Shown in pieces: positions 62,220 to 64,000 of a stretch of DNA of 64,000 nucleotides. The first letter of the stretch is position 1. Every line of letters starts with the position of its first letter. The stretch comes from a virus. Location of the stretch: the IMG/VR virus record IMGVR_UViG_3300041964_000087, positions 5,753 through 69,752 of that record. One strand, given 5' to 3'. A program made the translations under genes and the position numbers. Under the pieces are notes generated by a model. That model worked only from the letters and a program-made list of their open reading frames with translations, did not search any database and was not told the origin of the DNA.

Positions 62220-63188
62220 CTAAAGTACGCAGCTTCCGTTGCTGACGGGCATCTCTAACGCTGCCTTCAGTTGATGAGCATCGCCCGCGTAAGTTTGAGT
62301 TCCGAGTAGCGTTGGCTCAGTGTGAGATCGCCAATAATGCACTCTGACGCACACTGAGCTTATCGCTCCAAAAATGGAGTTAGGGAAATCCTGGGAGTCG
62401 AAACCTGTTCTACTAATGATTGCCCGTAGCGTTGTCGCTGTCAGCCATTTTAAATGTTCGTGAATTCCTGAATTCTCAACGGCTTGCTCTACATCAAGAA
62501 ACCCACGGGCTTCAATCGACGCTATCACCAATGCATGAAGCCGTTGCGTCTCTACCCCTGATAAATGAAACATCCTCTCACACCCGATCAAATCAACGCC
62601 GCCATTATGAAGCGTCTGGGTGTGGTTTGGGATGAGTGGACTTACTGAACTTGCTGGGTAATTTTCCGCTATTTTTAGCCGCGCTGTACCGATTGCGATT
62701 GCGCGTGCCACTACGGGCAGTGGGGATGTCTGCATTAGCGAAGGCAGAAGTTCGGAGACAGAAGGCTTTATGGAAGAGTCCGGAACATCTGCCTTCTGCG
62801 ATATTTGGCGGTCTGACGCGCCAAATCTTCTGCCCTCTGCCTTATTTTCATCCTCCTCGTCGCTTGGCTCTAACTCTTCTGTTGCTTCTGGGTCTAAGAC
62901 TTCTGAGGCAATGTCACTCAACTGCGCTTCAGTGTAGGGGATGCCTGCACGGTTACGGATAAACTGAGCAGCAGCAATGATTGCCAGTGTGTTGCGCTCT
63001 GGCATCTGCCCACCCCGTTCTAAGCGGCTGATAGTTTGCTTGGTTATTTCTTGCCCTGTTCGCTCCCGGATGACTTCTACCAAGCGGTCTTGTGACCATC
63101 CCTGCTCTTTACGCGATCGCAGTATTTCTTTTCCCAAGCGCGATAGTCCCGGCATCGTCCATAGCTTCGGTTTCCGCGCTGCCATCAT
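62220..63188 (-). CDS. XRE/CI-like repressor
   Basis: LGKEILRSRKEQGWSQDRL..ITKQTISRLERG..P..TL; divergent from small RHH gene. Confidence 0.8.
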   Translation of the reverse strand: MMAARKPKLWTMPGLSRLGKEILRSRKEQGWSQDRLVEVIRERTGQEITKQTISRLERGGQMPERNTLAIIAAAQFIRNRAGIPYTEAQLSDIASEVLDPEATEELEPSDEEDENKAEGRRFGASDRQISQKADVPDSSIKPSVSELLPSLMQTSPLPVVARAIAIGTARLKIAENYPASSVSPLIPNHTQTLHNGGVDLIGCERMFHLSGVETQRLHALVIASIEARGFLDVEQAVENSGIHEHLKWLTATTLRAIISRTGFDSQDFPNSIFGAISSVCVRVHYWRSHTEPTLLGTQTYAGDAHQLKAALEMPVSNGSCVL

Positions 63189-63316
63189 ATTCTTGCTCGT
63201 AGCTCCTAAATTACTTTACCTATTATCTCTAAAAATAATTCGTATTTTGTAAGTTACACGTTATAGTAGATGTATATTAATAGTCAACACTCCGCCTAAG
63301 CGAGAGGAAAGAAATC

Positions 63317-63499
63317 TTGAACAAGTATACGACCATCCGGGTAGAGAAGCCGCTCTACCTCCAGTTTGTAGATCGCGTTCGTCGGCGTGAGGGGAATGTG
63401 AGCCTGACGACGGTGATGATGCGCTTGATTGAGCGTTATTTACGAGAAACCGAGACTGTGACCGAATTGCCTACCTCGAAGAACAAGGAGGTGGCGTAG
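63317..63499 (+). CDS. Small Arc/RHH-like regulator (Cro position)
   Basis: TTIRVEKPLY..F..SLTTVMMRLIERYL; GAGG RBS. Confidence 0.7.
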   Translation: MNKYTTIRVEKPLYLQFVDRVRRREGNVSLTTVMMRLIERYLRETETVTELPTSKNKEVA

Positions 63500-63757
63500 A
63501 TGGCAACACACTGTCAAGAATGCCTTGCTTTTCAATCCCGCTGGCAAGGAAGCATTCGTCTGCATTGCCAAACAACTGAACAGTTAGCGACAGCAGAGCA
63601 AGCGCTGGTCAATAAAACGAGAGAGATCAGGGAGTTAGAAGGACAGTTACTTGAACTCGTCACCACCGTTAGATTCTTGGGCGGAAACGTACCGGAGTCC
63701 GTTCAAGTGCGCTTAGGCGCAGGTTTTACCAACAGAGGGAGAGGTAGAGGCAGATGA
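63500..63757 (+). CDS. Hypothetical coiled-coil protein
   Basis: AGGAGG RBS, 85 aa. Confidence 0.6.
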   Translation: MATHCQECLAFQSRWQGSIRLHCQTTEQLATAEQALVNKTREIRELEGQLLELVTTVRFLGGNVPESVQVRLGAGFTNRGRGRGR

Positions 63758-64000
63758 TAGTAACAACAGTCGAACCAACAGAGTTAGAGATACTTGATGA
63801 AATCATCCTCTTTTTAGATAGCCAGCTCGACGCCTTTAGGGGAGATCGCAAGAAAGCTCATGCGTATAAGGAAGCGCGGCAACAATACAGTCGCGTAAAA
63901 GAGTTCCGGCGCATCGTTGAGGAAGGATACCCACTTATTGGGCTGTGGGTACGGAAGTCTAACTCAAAAGCCTCTCAGGTCGTTGGGCAGATTGCCAAAA
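63754..64000 (+). CDS. Hypothetical protein, 3'-truncated by window edge
   Basis: ATGA overlap at 63754; frame open to the window end (MIVTTVEPTELEILDEII..). Confidence 0.5.
   Translation, partial: MIVTTVEPTELEILDEIILFLDSQLDAFRGDRKKAHAYKEARQQYSRVKEFRRIVEEGYPLIGLWVRKSNSKASQVVGQIAK

Larger units (their letters stand above)
1..64000. mobile_element. Temperate cyanobacterial myophage / prophage or phage-plasmid, Mu-like morphogenesis module (both ends outside window)
   Basis: Ordered terminase-portal-MuF-protease-capsid-sheath-tube-TMP-baseplate-fibre genes on minus strand; repressor, ERF and ParM-like genes; no host housekeeping genes; dense GCGATCGC (HIP1) indicates a cyanobacterial host. Confidence 0.93.

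Noticed and set aside
1-64000. Transposable Mu-like phage
   Set aside because: Head genes are Mu-like but no DDE transposase or MuB ATPase lies in the window; cannot be excluded outside it
1-64000. tRNA or rRNA genes
   Set aside because: No cloverleaf or rRNA-like sequence recognised by eye; tRNAscan was not run

Overview
The whole window looks like a temperate cyanobacterial myophage (prophage or phage-plasmid). The cyanobacterial HIP1 octamer GCGATCGC is very dense, and cyanobacterial heptamer palindromic elements are present. The minus strand from ~2.6 to 48.4 kb carries a Mu-like head and contractile-tail module: terminase, DUF935 portal, MuF, prohead protease, capsid, sheath, tube, tape measure, baseplate and fibres. 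Accessory cassettes interrupt it throughout. It is flanked by a DNA methyltransferase region on the left and, on the right, by a ParM-like operon, an ERF recombinase and repressor/Cro-like genes. No integrase or transposase is visible. Best candidate novel system (13.0-15.6 kb): a lone RAMP/Cas7-like gene and a partner gene, surrounded by six small-RNA-like units. Each unit is 10-18 pentamers of a near-fixed triplet (CTC/CAC/CGC/TTC) plus a variable dinucleotide, closed by a strand-specific 3' hairpin. This suggests a non-CRISPR, RNA-guided system with a gapped code. Other highlights: five paralogous genes in the morphogenesis region with a shared N-terminus and swapped C-termini (two are HExxH peptidases with immunity-like partners); about 15 dispersed intergenic palindromic sites; a C5 methyltransferase split over two fully overlapping frames; a +1/-2 tail-chaperone frameshift; and a 584-bp cytosine-free tract that is probably an artefact. 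All family calls come from motif recognition by eye; no database searches were run.
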